DNA of 64,000 nucleotides, taken from the NCBI GenBank assembly GCA_045658765.1, contig JAZOVP010000117.1:35303-99302 (forward strand), in the 5' to 3' direction. Position numbers and translations under genes: made by a program. Under the pieces are notes generated by a model. That model did no database searches, was not told the origin of the DNA, and worked only from the letters and a program-made list of their open reading frames with translations. The stretch is from Eubacteriales bacterium (GTDB taxonomy: Bacteria > Bacillota > Clostridia > Oscillospirales > SIG627). This document shows, one piece after another, positions 1 to 9,170 of the stretch (its first letter is position 1; every line of letters begins with the position of its first letter).

Positions 1-1
1 T

Positions 2-1060
2 TCCGGCACCACGGGATTCCCCAAAGCCATTCTTCATAATCACGGCGGTCTTGTGGCTTCTTGCCAAACCGAGCAGAACCATCACGGTCAAACCAAAGAC
101 GATGTGTTTCTTTGCATTCCCCCGCTTTACCACACGGGTGCAAAAATGCACTGGTTCGGATCGCTTCTTTCGGGAAGCCGTGCCGTGCTTTTGCGCGGGG
201 TGAAGCCCGAATGGATTTTGCGCGCCGTAACCGAAGAAAAATGCACGGTGGTATGGCTTCTTGTGCCGTGGGCGCAGGATCTTCTCGATGCGGTGGAATC
301 GGGCAGAATCAAAATGGAGGATTACCTTTTGGATTCTTGGCGATTGATGCACATCGGTGCTCAGCCCGTGCCTCCGAGCTTGATCCATCGCTGGCTTGCG
401 CTTTTCCCCCATCATCAGTACGATACCAACTATGGCCTTAGCGAATCTCTTGGACCGGGTTGTGTGCATCTTGGGGTGGAAAATGCCAATAAAGTGGGCG
501 CGATCGGAAAACCGGGTTATCTTTGGGAAGCCAAGATTGTGGATCCCGCCGGAAAAGAAGTGAAAGCCGGCGAAGTGGGCGAACTTTGCGTGAAGGGCCC
601 CGGTGTGATGCTCTGCTATTATAAAAATCCCGAAGCCACCGAAGAAGTGCTCAAAGACGGCTGGCTTTATACGGGCGATATGGCAAAAACCGATGAAGAT
701 GGATTCATTTTCCTGGTTGACCGCAAAAAAGACGTGGTGATTTCGGGCGGAGAAAATCTTTATCCCGTTCAGATCGAAGATTTTCTGCGCGCCAATGAAA
801 AAATCAAAGACGTGGCGGTGATCGGCCTTCCCGATGCTCGTTTGGGTGAGGTGGCGGTTGCCATTGTGGAAGCAAAGGAAGAGGAGAATCTCACCGAAGA
901 AGAAATTTTCGCGTTTTGCGAAGGTCTTCCCCGTTATAAGCGCCCGAAGAGAATCTTTTTCGATCGGATTCCGCGCAATCCCACGGGCAAAATCGAAAAG
1001 CCCGTTTTAAGAGAAAAATACTGCAAGGGAAGTCTTGTGGAAGTGCAGATCAAAGGATAA
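2..1060 (+). CDS. AMP-dependent acyl/aryl-CoA ligase, 5' end cut by window edge
   Basis: The frame stays open back to nt 2 and reads SGTTGFPKA, the AMP-binding signature. The C-terminus has PRNPTGKIEKP, the conserved catalytic-lysine region. The tracked ORF (53..1060) starts at an internal Met. Confidence 0.85.
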   Translation, partial: SGTTGFPKAILHNHGGLVASCQTEQNHHGQTKDDVFLCIPPLYHTGAKMHWFGSLLSGSRAVLLRGVKPEWILRAVTEEKCTVVWLLVPWAQDLLDAVESGRIKMEDYLLDSWRLMHIGAQPVPPSLIHRWLALFPHHQYDTNYGLSESLGPGCVHLGVENANKVGAIGKPGYLWEAKIVDPAGKEVKAGEVGELCVKGPGVMLCYYKNPEATEEVLKDGWLYTGDMAKTDEDGFIFLVDRKKDVVISGGENLYPVQIEDFLRANEKIKDVAVIGLPDARLGEVAVAIVEAKEEENLTEEEIFAFCEGLPRYKRPKRIFFDRIPRNPTGKIEKPVLREKYCKGSLVEVQIKG

Positions 1061-1258
1061 AATGTGGCGCTGAAAATTCCATGCCGCTTATCTTTTTTGG
1101 CTGTGGTATTTGCGGGCTATGGGATCTTGTTTTGATCCCGATTGCGAGGATTCTTGCCGAAAAGCCCGATGAAAATCATCGAAATCAGATCTTCTCTTGC
1201 CGAAAAAAGGGATCGTTTACCGCAAACATTCGATCAGAGAAGAAAAAGGAGAAAATAA

Positions 1259-2980
1259 ATGAAAAAATTGATGCTTGGCAACGAAGCGGTTGCCCGCGGT
1301 CTTTTTGAGGCCGGTTGCAGTTTTGTTTCGAGCTATCCCGGCACTCCCAGCACCGAGATCACCGAAGCAGTGGCAAAATATGCCGAAATTTATGCCGAAT
1401 GGGCACCCAATGAAAAAGTGGCAATGGAAACCGCTTTCGGTGCTTGTCTTGCAGGGAAAAGAAGCTTTTGCGGAATGAAGCACGTGGGGCTGAATGTTGC
1501 CGCAGATCCGCTTTTCACCATTTCCTATACCGGAGTGAATGCCGGTATGATCATCGCAGTGGCAGACGATGCGGGAATGCACTCTTCTCAAAATGAGCAG
1601 GATTCCCGTCATTATGCGCGCGCTTCGAAAATTCCGATGCTCGAGCCCGCCGATTCTGCAGAGGCAATTTCATTCGTGAAGAAAGCGTATGAAATTTCCG
1701 AGAAATTCGATACTCCCGTGCTTTTGAAAATGTGCACTCGCGTTTCCCATTCCCAAAGCGTGGTGGAAGAGGGCGCGAGAATCGAAGCTGTGAAGGAATA
1801 TGAAAAGAATCCTCAAAAATATATTATGATGCCCGGCAATGCCAAAAAGCGCCATCCGATTGTGGAAGCGCGCACCGCGGCGCTCACTTCATTTGCCGAA
1901 GAATCGGATTTAAACCGAATCGAAGAAGGAAAGAGCAAGAAAATCGGCTTCCTTTCTTCTTCCACCTCGTATCAGTATGTGCGCGAGGTATTCGGCGATG
2001 AATATCCCGTTTTCAAACTCGGTATGATTTGGCCCATGCCCGTGGAAAAGATTCGCAAATTTGCCGCCGAAGTGGAAAAGCTTGTGGTGGTGGAAGAACT
2101 CGACGGATTCATCGAAGAGCACGTTCGCGGGCTCGGGATTGATGTGGTTGGAAAAGAAATCTTTTCCAATATCGGCGAATTCAGCCAGAATCTGGTTGCA
2201 GGGCTTATGGAAAGAGAAGTTCCCGAAGGAAAGGCGCTTGCCGAAGAAATTCCCCAGCGTCCGCCCGTGATGTGTGCCGGTTGCCCCCACAGAGGACTTT
2301 TCTATACCCTCGTGAAAAATAAAATCACCGTGCTTGGTGATATTGGATGCTATACCCTCGGTGCGGTGCCCCCGCTTGCGGCTCTGGATACCACCATTTG
2401 CATGGGCGCTTCGGTTTCGGGTCTTCATGGTTTTGTGAAGGCGCAGGAAGGCAAGGCAGATGGAAAGACGGTTGCGGTGATCGGCGATTCCACCTTTATG
2501 CACTCGGGAATCACAGGCCTTGTGAACATTGCATACAACAATTCCAATTCCACCGTGATCATTGTGGACAACTCCATCACCGGCATGACCGGTCATCAGC
2601 AGAATCCCACCACGGGCATGAATTTGAAGGGCGATGTGGCGGCAAAAGTGGATCTGGAATCGCTTTGCCGTGCTTGCGGAATCGAAAGAGTGAGAGTGGT
2701 GGATCCGTATGATCTTGCCGAAACCGAAAAGGTGATTTTGGAAGAGCTTGGCGTTGCCGCTCCTTCCGTGATCATTTCCAGAAGACCTTGTGCGCTTTTA
2801 AAATATGTGAAGCATCAAGGCCCTATCGCGGTGAATTCGGAAAAATGTGTTGGCTGTAAGGCCTGCATGAAGATCGGTTGCCCTGCGATCAGCGTGAAAA
2901 ATAAAAAAGCCATGATCGATAACACCCTTTGCACAGGTTGCGGTGTTTGCACCCAGCTTTGCAAATTCGGGGCGCTGTAA
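1259..2980 (+). CDS. iorA: indolepyruvate:ferredoxin oxidoreductase, alpha subunit
   Basis: 573 aa. N-terminus MKKLMLGNEAVARG..SSYPGTPSTEI, a TPP-binding region, and a C-terminal double CxxCxxC ferredoxin motif. AAAGGAG RBS 8 nt upstream. Followed by iorB. Confidence 0.9.
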   Translation: MKKLMLGNEAVARGLFEAGCSFVSSYPGTPSTEITEAVAKYAEIYAEWAPNEKVAMETAFGACLAGKRSFCGMKHVGLNVAADPLFTISYTGVNAGMIIAVADDAGMHSSQNEQDSRHYARASKIPMLEPADSAEAISFVKKAYEISEKFDTPVLLKMCTRVSHSQSVVEEGARIEAVKEYEKNPQKYIMMPGNAKKRHPIVEARTAALTSFAEESDLNRIEEGKSKKIGFLSSSTSYQYVREVFGDEYPVFKLGMIWPMPVEKIRKFAAEVEKLVVVEELDGFIEEHVRGLGIDVVGKEIFSNIGEFSQNLVAGLMEREVPEGKALAEEIPQRPPVMCAGCPHRGLFYTLVKNKITVLGDIGCYTLGAVPPLAALDTTICMGASVSGLHGFVKAQEGKADGKTVAVIGDSTFMHSGITGLVNIAYNNSNSTVIIVDNSITGMTGHQQNPTTGMNLKGDVAAKVDLESLCRACGIERVRVVDPYDLAETEKVILEELGVAAPSVIISRRPCALLKYVKHQGPIAVNSEKCVGCKACMKIGCPAISVKNKKAMIDNTLCTGCGVCTQLCKFGAL

Positions 2981-2991
2981 AGGAGGCAAAA

Positions 2992-3564
2992 ATGGAAACT
3001 AAAAATATTATGATCGTTGGTGTGGGCGGACAGGGAAGTCTGCTTGCCTCCAAACTTTTGGGTCGTCTTCTTCTCACCCGCGGATACGATATTAAGGTGT
3101 CTGAAGTTCACGGAATGAGCCAGCGCGGCGGCAGTGTGGTAACTTATGTGCGCTTTGGCGATCAGGTATATTCTCCCGTGATCGATAAAGGTCAGGCCGA
3201 TTTTATTGTTTCGTTTGAACTGCTGGAAGGCGCTCGCTGGACCGAATATTTGAAAAAGGGCGGGAAAATGGTGGTGAACACCCAAAAAATCAATCCTATG
3301 CCCGTGATCATCGGTGCCGCGGAATATCCCGAAAATCTTGATCAAAAAATCAAGGAAGCGGGAATTGATCTGGATGCTTTCGATGCCCTTTCTTTGGCAG
3401 TGGAAGCGGGAAGCGCCAAAGCGGTGAATATTGTGCTGATGGGCAAGCTTTCCAAGTATTTTGATTTTTCTGAGGAAGAATGGATGAAAGCCATAGAAAT
3501 GAGCGTGCCCGCAAAATTCCTCGAACTCAATAAAAAGGCATTCCTTCTCGGAAGAGAGGCATAA
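2992..3564 (+). CDS. iorB: indolepyruvate:ferredoxin oxidoreductase, beta subunit
   Basis: METKNIMIVGVGGQGSLLASK is typical of the 2-oxoacid:ferredoxin oxidoreductase gamma-like fold. AGGAGG RBS at 2981. Start moved from the tracked 2929 to the ATG at 2992. Confidence 0.85.
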   Translation: METKNIMIVGVGGQGSLLASKLLGRLLLTRGYDIKVSEVHGMSQRGGSVVTYVRFGDQVYSPVIDKGQADFIVSFELLEGARWTEYLKKGGKMVVNTQKINPMPVIIGAAEYPENLDQKIKEAGIDLDAFDALSLAVEAGSAKAVNIVLMGKLSKYFDFSEEEWMKAIEMSVPAKFLELNKKAFLLGREA

Positions 3565-3575
3565 AAGGAGAAACC

Positions 3576-4874
3576 ATGAAACGTTATTATCAGCCCGAAA
3601 TTGAAACGGCTTCGCGCGATGAGATTCGCGCACTCCAATCCGAGCGCCTTGTGAAGCAAGTGCAGCACGTTTGGGAGAATGTGCCCTATTACCGCAAAAA
3701 AATGGAAGAAAAGGGAATTACCCCTGCCGATATTCGCGGCGTGGAAGATCTTCATAAGCTTCCCTTTTTAACCAAAGACGATTTAAGACAGGCCTATCCT
3801 TATGGCCTTATGGGCAAGCCCGTGAAGGATTGTGTGCGCATTCATTCCACTTCCGGCACCACGGGAAAAAGAGTGGTGGCATTCTATACCCAACACGATA
3901 TTGATCTTTGGGAAGATTGCTGCGCCAGAGCCATTATGGCAACGGGCTGTGATGAAAACGATGTGTGCCAAGTTTGCTATGGCTACGGCCTTTTCACAGG
4001 CGGCTCGGGGCTTCACGGCGGATCTCATAAGGCAGGGTGCCTAACCCTTCCGATGTCTTCCGGCAACACCGACCGTCAGCTTCAATTTATGGTGGATTTG
4101 GAATCGACCCTTCTTTGCTGCACCCCTTCCTATGCCGCCTATCTTTCCGAATCGATTGCCGAAAGAGGGCTTCGCGATCAGATCAAATTGAAAGCGGGCA
4201 TTTTTGGTGCGGAAGCTTGGAGCGAAGAAATGCGCCACGAAATTGAAAAAGGGCTTGGCATCAAGGCCTATGATATTTATGGACTCACCGAAATCTCCGG
4301 CCCCGGTGTGGCTTTTGAATGTGAAGAGCAAACGGGTATGCACGTGAATGAAGATCACTTCATCGCCGAGATTATCGATCCGGAAACAGGCGAGGTTTTG
4401 CCGGAAGGCGAAAAAGGCGAGCTTGTGTTTTCTTGCATCACCAAAGAAGCATTTCCGCTTTTGCGCTATCGCACCCGTGATATTTGTGTGCTTTCCCGCA
4501 AACCCTGTTCTTGCGGCAGAACCCATGTGAAAATGACAAAGCCCATGGGCAGAAGCGATGATATGCTGATTGTGAAGGGCGTGAATGTGTTCCCAAGCCA
4601 GATCGAAACGGTTTTGATCGAGCAGGGTTATCAGGCAAACTATCAGATCATTGTGGATCGAGTGAATCATTCCGATACTTTGGAAGTGCAGGTGGAAATG
4701 ACTCCCGATAAATTCACCGATTCGCTTTCCAAGATTTCGGAAATGGAGAAAAAGCTTGTGGAATCGCTCAAAACGATGCTTGGAATTTATGCCAAGGTCA
4801 AGCTCGTTGCTCCCAAATCCATTGCAAGAAGCGAAGGCAAGGCCGTTCGCATTATTGATAAGCGTAAGATTTAA
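3576..4874 (+). CDS. paaK: phenylacetate-CoA ligase family protein
   Basis: 432 aa. STSGTTGKRVV AMP motif, YGLTE, and the canonical ior-paaK-ACT gene order. Confidence 0.85.
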   Translation: MKRYYQPEIETASRDEIRALQSERLVKQVQHVWENVPYYRKKMEEKGITPADIRGVEDLHKLPFLTKDDLRQAYPYGLMGKPVKDCVRIHSTSGTTGKRVVAFYTQHDIDLWEDCCARAIMATGCDENDVCQVCYGYGLFTGGSGLHGGSHKAGCLTLPMSSGNTDRQLQFMVDLESTLLCCTPSYAAYLSESIAERGLRDQIKLKAGIFGAEAWSEEMRHEIEKGLGIKAYDIYGLTEISGPGVAFECEEQTGMHVNEDHFIAEIIDPETGEVLPEGEKGELVFSCITKEAFPLLRYRTRDICVLSRKPCSCGRTHVKMTKPMGRSDDMLIVKGVNVFPSQIETVLIEQGYQANYQIIVDRVNHSDTLEVQVEMTPDKFTDSLSKISEMEKKLVESLKTMLGIYAKVKLVAPKSIARSEGKAVRIIDKRKI

Positions 4875-4884
4875 GGAGGGTATT

Positions 4885-5319
4885 ATGACCGGTATTCATC
4901 AGATTTCAGTATTTTTGGAAAACAGAGCGGGTTCTCTTTCCGAAATTACCCGCGTGCTTGCCGAAAGCGGAGTGAATCTTCGCGCGCTTTCCATTGCCGA
5001 AAGTGCAGATTACGGTGTGCTTCGCATCATTGCCGACGATGCCGAAAAAGCAACTTCCACCCTTTTGGAAAACGGATGCGTGCTTTCAATGACCCCTGTT
5101 ACCGTGGTTGGAGTGCCCGATGAACCTGCGGGACTTTCCAAGCTCCTTTCCATTCTGGAAGAAAAAAATGTGAATATTGAATATATGTATTCGCTTTTCA
5201 CTCATATCGGCGGAAAGGCCTATATGGTATTCCGTCTTGCCGATGAAAAGGAATTTTTGGAAGCCGTTTCGGCTCATGGCCTTTCCCTTGCCACCAAGGA
5301 AGAACTCGGACTCAAATAA
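4885..5319 (+). CDS. ACT domain-containing protein
   Basis: MTGIHQISVFLENRAGSLSEITRVLAESGVNLRALSIAE is a tandem ACT pattern. AAGGAGG RBS at 4873. The tracked ORF start at 4756 lies inside paaK. Confidence 0.8.
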   Translation: MTGIHQISVFLENRAGSLSEITRVLAESGVNLRALSIAESADYGVLRIIADDAEKATSTLLENGCVLSMTPVTVVGVPDEPAGLSKLLSILEEKNVNIEYMYSLFTHIGGKAYMVFRLADEKEFLEAVSAHGLSLATKEELGLK

Positions 5320-5330
5320 ATGTTTGCATC

Positions 5331-5366
5331 AAAAAAGACCGCAGAATTTTCTGCGGTCTTTTTTTG
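5331..5366. terminator. bidirectional intrinsic terminator
   Basis: 10-bp stem aagaccgcag/ctgcggtctt with a 6-nt loop. A-tract on the left and T-tract on the right. Lies between convergent genes. Confidence 0.8.
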
Positions 5367-5368
5367 AT

Positions 5369-5914
5369 TTAGTATTTTGAAATAAATCTTGCTTTTTGCA
5401 TGGCAAACACAATCGCGGGAATCAGAAGAAGCTGAATCAGAATGCCCCAAAGAGAAGAGGCAACGGTTTGGGTGATCACCATTTCCAGATAGAATTCATT
5501 TTCGGGATTGAATACGCTGAGGGCGAATTGTGCAACACCCCAAGCAAGCCGCCCGAAAAACTGGGCGCAAAGAAGGGAGATGAAAATTCCAAACGGCTTT
5601 TTGGGAAGATGCCGATAGAAAAAGCCGGCGGCAACTCCGTACACAAAAAGCTCAATCGCCATGCGAATCGCTGCGGGATAAAAAATCGGGGCTTGAAAGA
5701 GAAGCGAGCGAAGGATCGGAGCAACCAAGCCCACCACACCGCCCCAAACAGGGCCTGCGATAAACCCGCAAAGAAATACGGGAAAGTGCATCGGGGCAAA
5801 CTGCTGACCGATTTCGGGAATGCTTCCTGTTAGAAAGGGGAGCATGATGCAAAGTGCCAAGCACACCGCGGCATACACAATGCTGCGCACTTCAACTGTT
5901 TTTCTGCTTTTCAT
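5369..5914 (-). CDS. ECF transporter S component (ThiW-like; substrate unknown)
   Basis: 181 aa with about 6 TM segments. Has the FAPMHFPVFLCGFIAGP motif I associate with ECF S-components. AAAGGAAA RBS. Confidence 0.6.
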   Translation of the reverse strand: MKSRKTVEVRSIVYAAVCLALCIMLPFLTGSIPEIGQQFAPMHFPVFLCGFIAGPVWGGVVGLVAPILRSLLFQAPIFYPAAIRMAIELFVYGVAAGFFYRHLPKKPFGIFISLLCAQFFGRLAWGVAQFALSVFNPENEFYLEMVITQTVASSLWGILIQLLLIPAIVFAMQKARFISKY

Positions 5915-5944
5915 TGAAATTTCCTTTATTTTTTCTTTTTTTCC

Positions 5945-5973
5945 ATCTTATCATTCTTGGTATTCCTTGTCAA
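5945..5973 (-). promoter_or_regulatory. sigma-A-type promoter for the ECF S-component gene
   Basis: Minus strand reads TTGACA, 17 nt, TAAGAT. Confidence 0.5.
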
Positions 5974-5984
5974 TTCCCGATGAC

Positions 5985-6012
5985 ACAAAAAACAGGGGTA
6001 TCTCATAGAATA
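5985..6012 (+). promoter_or_regulatory. candidate sigma-K-type sporulation promoter upstream of the SleC-like gene
   Basis: AC (5985-5986), N17, CATAgaaTA (6004-6012). This matches the AC-N16/17-CATAnnnTA consensus. It lies 33 nt upstream of the ATG. Confidence 0.4.
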
Positions 6013-6044
6013 AAAAAGAAAAATGGATTTGAAAGGAGATTTTT

Positions 6045-8453
6045 ATGCCTCAAGGAAGCTTATTTGTTACCGTTCGCACAGCAGATAGCGCGTTTCCCGT
6101 GCAGGAAGCGGAGGTGATTATTACCACTCCCGAGGGAGTCGAAATCGGAAGGGATCGGGTAACTTCCCAAAACGGTTCGGTTTCAAGGGAATTTTTGATC
6201 GAAGCGCCCGAAAGAGAGCTTTCCCTTTCGCCGGGGGAAGCGCTTCCGTATTCTGTGGTGGATGCAAGGGTGGAGGCGTTTGGTTTTTACACCTTCCTGA
6301 TTCGCGGGATTCAGATTTTTGCGGGGGAAAAGAGTGTGTTGCCCGTGGAAATGATTCCGCGCGGCGCAAGCTCTGAAGATGAGGTGCTCGAATACGAAAT
6401 CGGCCCCCATGCGCTTCGCACAACCCCCGAAAACAGGATTGAAGGACCCGATGGCACGGAGCGGGTGCTTTCGCAGGTTTTCATTCCCGAAAAGATCACG
6501 GTGCATTTGGGAACTCCCGCTTCTTCCGCTTCGAATGTGAGTGTGCCTTTTATTGATTACATCAAAAACGTGGCTTCGAGCGAGGTTTATCCCACTTGGC
6601 CGGAAAACAGCTTGAGAGCCAATATCCTCTGCCAGATTTCATTTGCTTTAAACCGCATTTTCACCGAATGGTATCCGTCGAGAGGATATAATTTCAATAT
6701 CACCAATTCCACTGCCTATGATCAGTATTATGTTTACGGCAGAAATATTTTCCAGAGCGTTTCCACGATTGTGGATGAAATTTTCAATCAATATATCCGC
6801 CGCCCCGGCAGAATCGATCCGTTTTTTGCGGAATATTGCAACGGCACCACAGTTACTTGCGCGGGCCTTTCGCAGTGGGGCACGGTAACCCTTGCCAATA
6901 ACGGCAGAAGTGTGCTTGAAATTTTGCAATTTTATTATGGCGATGTGGAGATTGCGGAAACAAACATTATCCGAGCCATTGAAAGCTCTTATCCCGGTTC
7001 TCCTTTGCGGGTGGGCTCTTCGGGAAGAGCGGTGCGCACCATTCAGGAGCAGCTCAATCGAATCCGAGTGAATTACCCTTCCATTCCCGCAATCAGCCCT
7101 GTGGACGGAGTGTTTGGCAGGCAAACAGAAAATGCAGTGCGCGCCTTTCAGCGCATTTTTGATCTTACCGCCGATGGGGTGGTGGGAAAGAAAACCTGGT
7201 ATCGCATTTCCTATATTTATGTGGCAGTTAAGCGCCTTGCAGAGCTCAATAGCGAAGGAGAGCGCCCGCAATACGACGACAATGCCTTCCCCGGAATTCT
7301 GCGCCTTGGCGATACGGGTACGGCAGTGCAAAATCTGCAGTTTTATTTAAAAACCCTTGCCGCCTATAATCCCTTTTTGCGCGATGTTACCATTGATGGC
7401 TTTTTCGGTGCAGAAACACAAGATGCGGTGCGCGCGTTTCAAAAATTATATGGGCTCGCGCAAGACGGAGTGGTGGGCGAATCCACTTGGAATCGGATTG
7501 TTGCGGTGTATCTCGATATCACCGAGGGGGGCGATCTTGTGCTGAAGCCCTATCCCGGAAGGGTGATTCGTCAGGGATCTTCGGGCGAAAATGTTTTATA
7601 TGTGCAAATGCTCCTCAATCGCACAAGGCCTGTTTTTGTAACGATTCCGAAACTCGAGGAAGATGGCATTTTCGGCACCGGAATGAGAAGCGCGGTGCGC
7701 GAATTTCAGCGCCTTTTCGGGCTGAATGATGATGGCGTGGTTGGCAGGGATACTTGGAATGCCCTCAATCGGGTGTATGGTTCGGTGGTTTCGGGCTGTC
7801 TTGATAACGGTGAAACCGTGGGCGGCAGAATCCTCCGCTACGGCTCTTCGGGAAACGATGTGCGGGTTTTGCAGAATCAGCTCAACACCGTTGGCACATC
7901 GCTTTCTCCCATTCCCACCGTGGTTGCCGATGGGGCATACGGCAGAAGAACCGAAGAGGCAGTGCGGATTTTTCAGCGCATTTTCGGGCTCACCGCAGAT
8001 GGGGTGGCAGGTCAGGCCACGCGAACCCGCCTTCTTGCCATTTTCCGCGCGGTGGAGGCGGGATGCCTTCCCCGCAGAGGGCAGAGGGATCTTGAACTCC
8101 CGTTTTCTTTGGAGCCGAGGGGAGAAGAAAGGGCAATCGAAAGAAGCGAAATTTCGGAAGAAGCTTTGGATTGGAAAAAGGAATTTTTATCGGCAGAGCC
8201 GTTTCTTCCGAGGCAAGAGCTTTTCACGGAAGAAATCGGATTTCTTCCGCTTGCCCCCGGCAGCACGGGACCGCACGTGAAACGATGCAAGGATGCGCTT
8301 GCGGAATGGGGCTATTTATCCCACGGGGCAATCGGTGAAAATATGCTCTATGGCCCCGCCACCACGCGCGCGGTGATGGAATTTCAGATGGATCGCGGCA
8401 TCCCCGCAAGCGGCATTGTGGATCAGATCACTTGGGAAAGACTTTTTTCGTGA
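6045..8453 (+). CDS. SleC-like spore cortex-lytic enzyme / peptidoglycan-binding protein
   Basis: 802 aa. The region DYIKNVASSEVYPTWPENSLRANILCQISFALNRIFTEWY...GLSQWGTV resembles the SleC catalytic region. It is followed by five PG_binding_1-type repeats (G.SG..V..LQ..L...DG.FG..T..AV..FQ...L..DG.VG..TW). Confidence 0.7.
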   Translation: MPQGSLFVTVRTADSAFPVQEAEVIITTPEGVEIGRDRVTSQNGSVSREFLIEAPERELSLSPGEALPYSVVDARVEAFGFYTFLIRGIQIFAGEKSVLPVEMIPRGASSEDEVLEYEIGPHALRTTPENRIEGPDGTERVLSQVFIPEKITVHLGTPASSASNVSVPFIDYIKNVASSEVYPTWPENSLRANILCQISFALNRIFTEWYPSRGYNFNITNSTAYDQYYVYGRNIFQSVSTIVDEIFNQYIRRPGRIDPFFAEYCNGTTVTCAGLSQWGTVTLANNGRSVLEILQFYYGDVEIAETNIIRAIESSYPGSPLRVGSSGRAVRTIQEQLNRIRVNYPSIPAISPVDGVFGRQTENAVRAFQRIFDLTADGVVGKKTWYRISYIYVAVKRLAELNSEGERPQYDDNAFPGILRLGDTGTAVQNLQFYLKTLAAYNPFLRDVTIDGFFGAETQDAVRAFQKLYGLAQDGVVGESTWNRIVAVYLDITEGGDLVLKPYPGRVIRQGSSGENVLYVQMLLNRTRPVFVTIPKLEEDGIFGTGMRSAVREFQRLFGLNDDGVVGRDTWNALNRVYGSVVSGCLDNGETVGGRILRYGSSGNDVRVLQNQLNTVGTSLSPIPTVVADGAYGRRTEEAVRIFQRIFGLTADGVAGQATRTRLLAIFRAVEAGCLPRRGQRDLELPFSLEPRGEERAIERSEISEEALDWKKEFLSAEPFLPRQELFTEEIGFLPLAPGSTGPHVKRCKDALAEWGYLSHGAIGENMLYGPATTRAVMEFQMDRGIPASGIVDQITWERLFS

Positions 8454-8460
8454 AAGAAAA

Positions 8461-8496
8461 AGAAAAAGCAGAGATTACTCTGCTTTTTTCTTTTTT
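8461..8496. terminator. bidirectional intrinsic terminator
   Basis: Stem agcagag/ctctgct with loop atta, flanked by an A-run and a T-run. The stop codon of the minus-strand gene sits in the loop. Confidence 0.7.
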
Positions 8497-8912
8497 GGTT
8501 TTTCTTTTTTGATTGCGGATTCGATCGAACGGATTGCGCCGTTTTCATCGGTGCGGATGCGGGCGCGCGGGATGAATTTTCGATCCTCGAAAGGGGAAAA
8601 AGCGCTGCATAAAAGATAGGCGCCCTCATCTTCCTTCCAAGCAATGCCGCCAAACATCACCCCTTTATGATCCTTTTTTGCTTCTTCTTTCAAAAAGGAA
8701 TAAAAGGCAGTTTCTATTTTTTTGGCAAAAAGAGAAAATTCGGAATCGGCGATTAATTTCGGCGCGGGGGAAAACGAAAAAGCAACGGTGCTTTTTTCTT
8801 TGATTTTTCCTCTTGAGGAGGGGGGGATCTCCTCGATTTTTTCCGTGCTCTTATTTTTTATCGGTCGAAGCTTTTTGGACTTTTTCTTTTTTGCCGTTTT
8901 TGATTTTTTCAT
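8475..8912 (-). CDS. hypothetical protein with lysine-rich termini
   Basis: 145 aa. Strong AAGGAGGTG RBS. No family recognised. Confidence 0.6.
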   Translation of the reverse strand: MKKSKTAKKKKSKKLRPIKNKSTEKIEEIPPSSRGKIKEKSTVAFSFSPAPKLIADSEFSLFAKKIETAFYSFLKEEAKKDHKGVMFGGIAWKEDEGAYLLCSAFSPFEDRKFIPRARIRTDENGAIRSIESAIKKEKPKKKKAE

Positions 8913-8982
8913 TCAAATCACCTCCTTTTTAGTATATGAAAAAAAGTTTTTTTGCGACAAAGGCACCTTTTTTCATTTTCTG

Positions 8983-8990
8983 CATACAAT
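8983..8990 (+). promoter_or_regulatory. candidate sigma-E-type -10 element (CATACAAT)
   Basis: Matches the CATACAnT -10 consensus, 23 nt upstream of the ATG at 9014. No convincing -35 was found. Confidence 0.3.
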
Positions 8991-9013
8991 GGAATAGAAA
9001 GGATGGGAGTAGA

Positions 9014-9160
9014 ATGGTTTCAATGGCAAAAACAGCGGGAGTGGGAGTTGCCGCTTTCGGCTGTGGAATTTTGGTGGCATTTTTTCTGCCCGAATCTGTT
9101 TTGATCGTGCTGGAGGCGGGTGTGATCGTAACGGCGGGAGTTTTATTTTCAAAGGGATAG
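9014..9160 (+). CDS. small hydrophobic membrane protein (48 aa)
   Basis: MVSMAKTAGVGVAAFGCGILVAFFLPESVLIVLEAGVIVTAGVLF has two TM segments. GAAAGGATGGGAG RBS. The tracked ORF starts further upstream at 8936. Confidence 0.5.
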   Translation: MVSMAKTAGVGVAAFGCGILVAFFLPESVLIVLEAGVIVTAGVLFSKG

Positions 9161-9170
9161 GGGTGTTAGT

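Noticed and set aside
8913-8935. Sigma-K-like CATAtacTA upstream of the 145-aa lysine-rich gene (minus strand)
   Set aside because: The element ends only 17 nt from the ATG, so the predicted start site would fall inside the AAGGAGG RBS. There is also no AC at -35 spacing.
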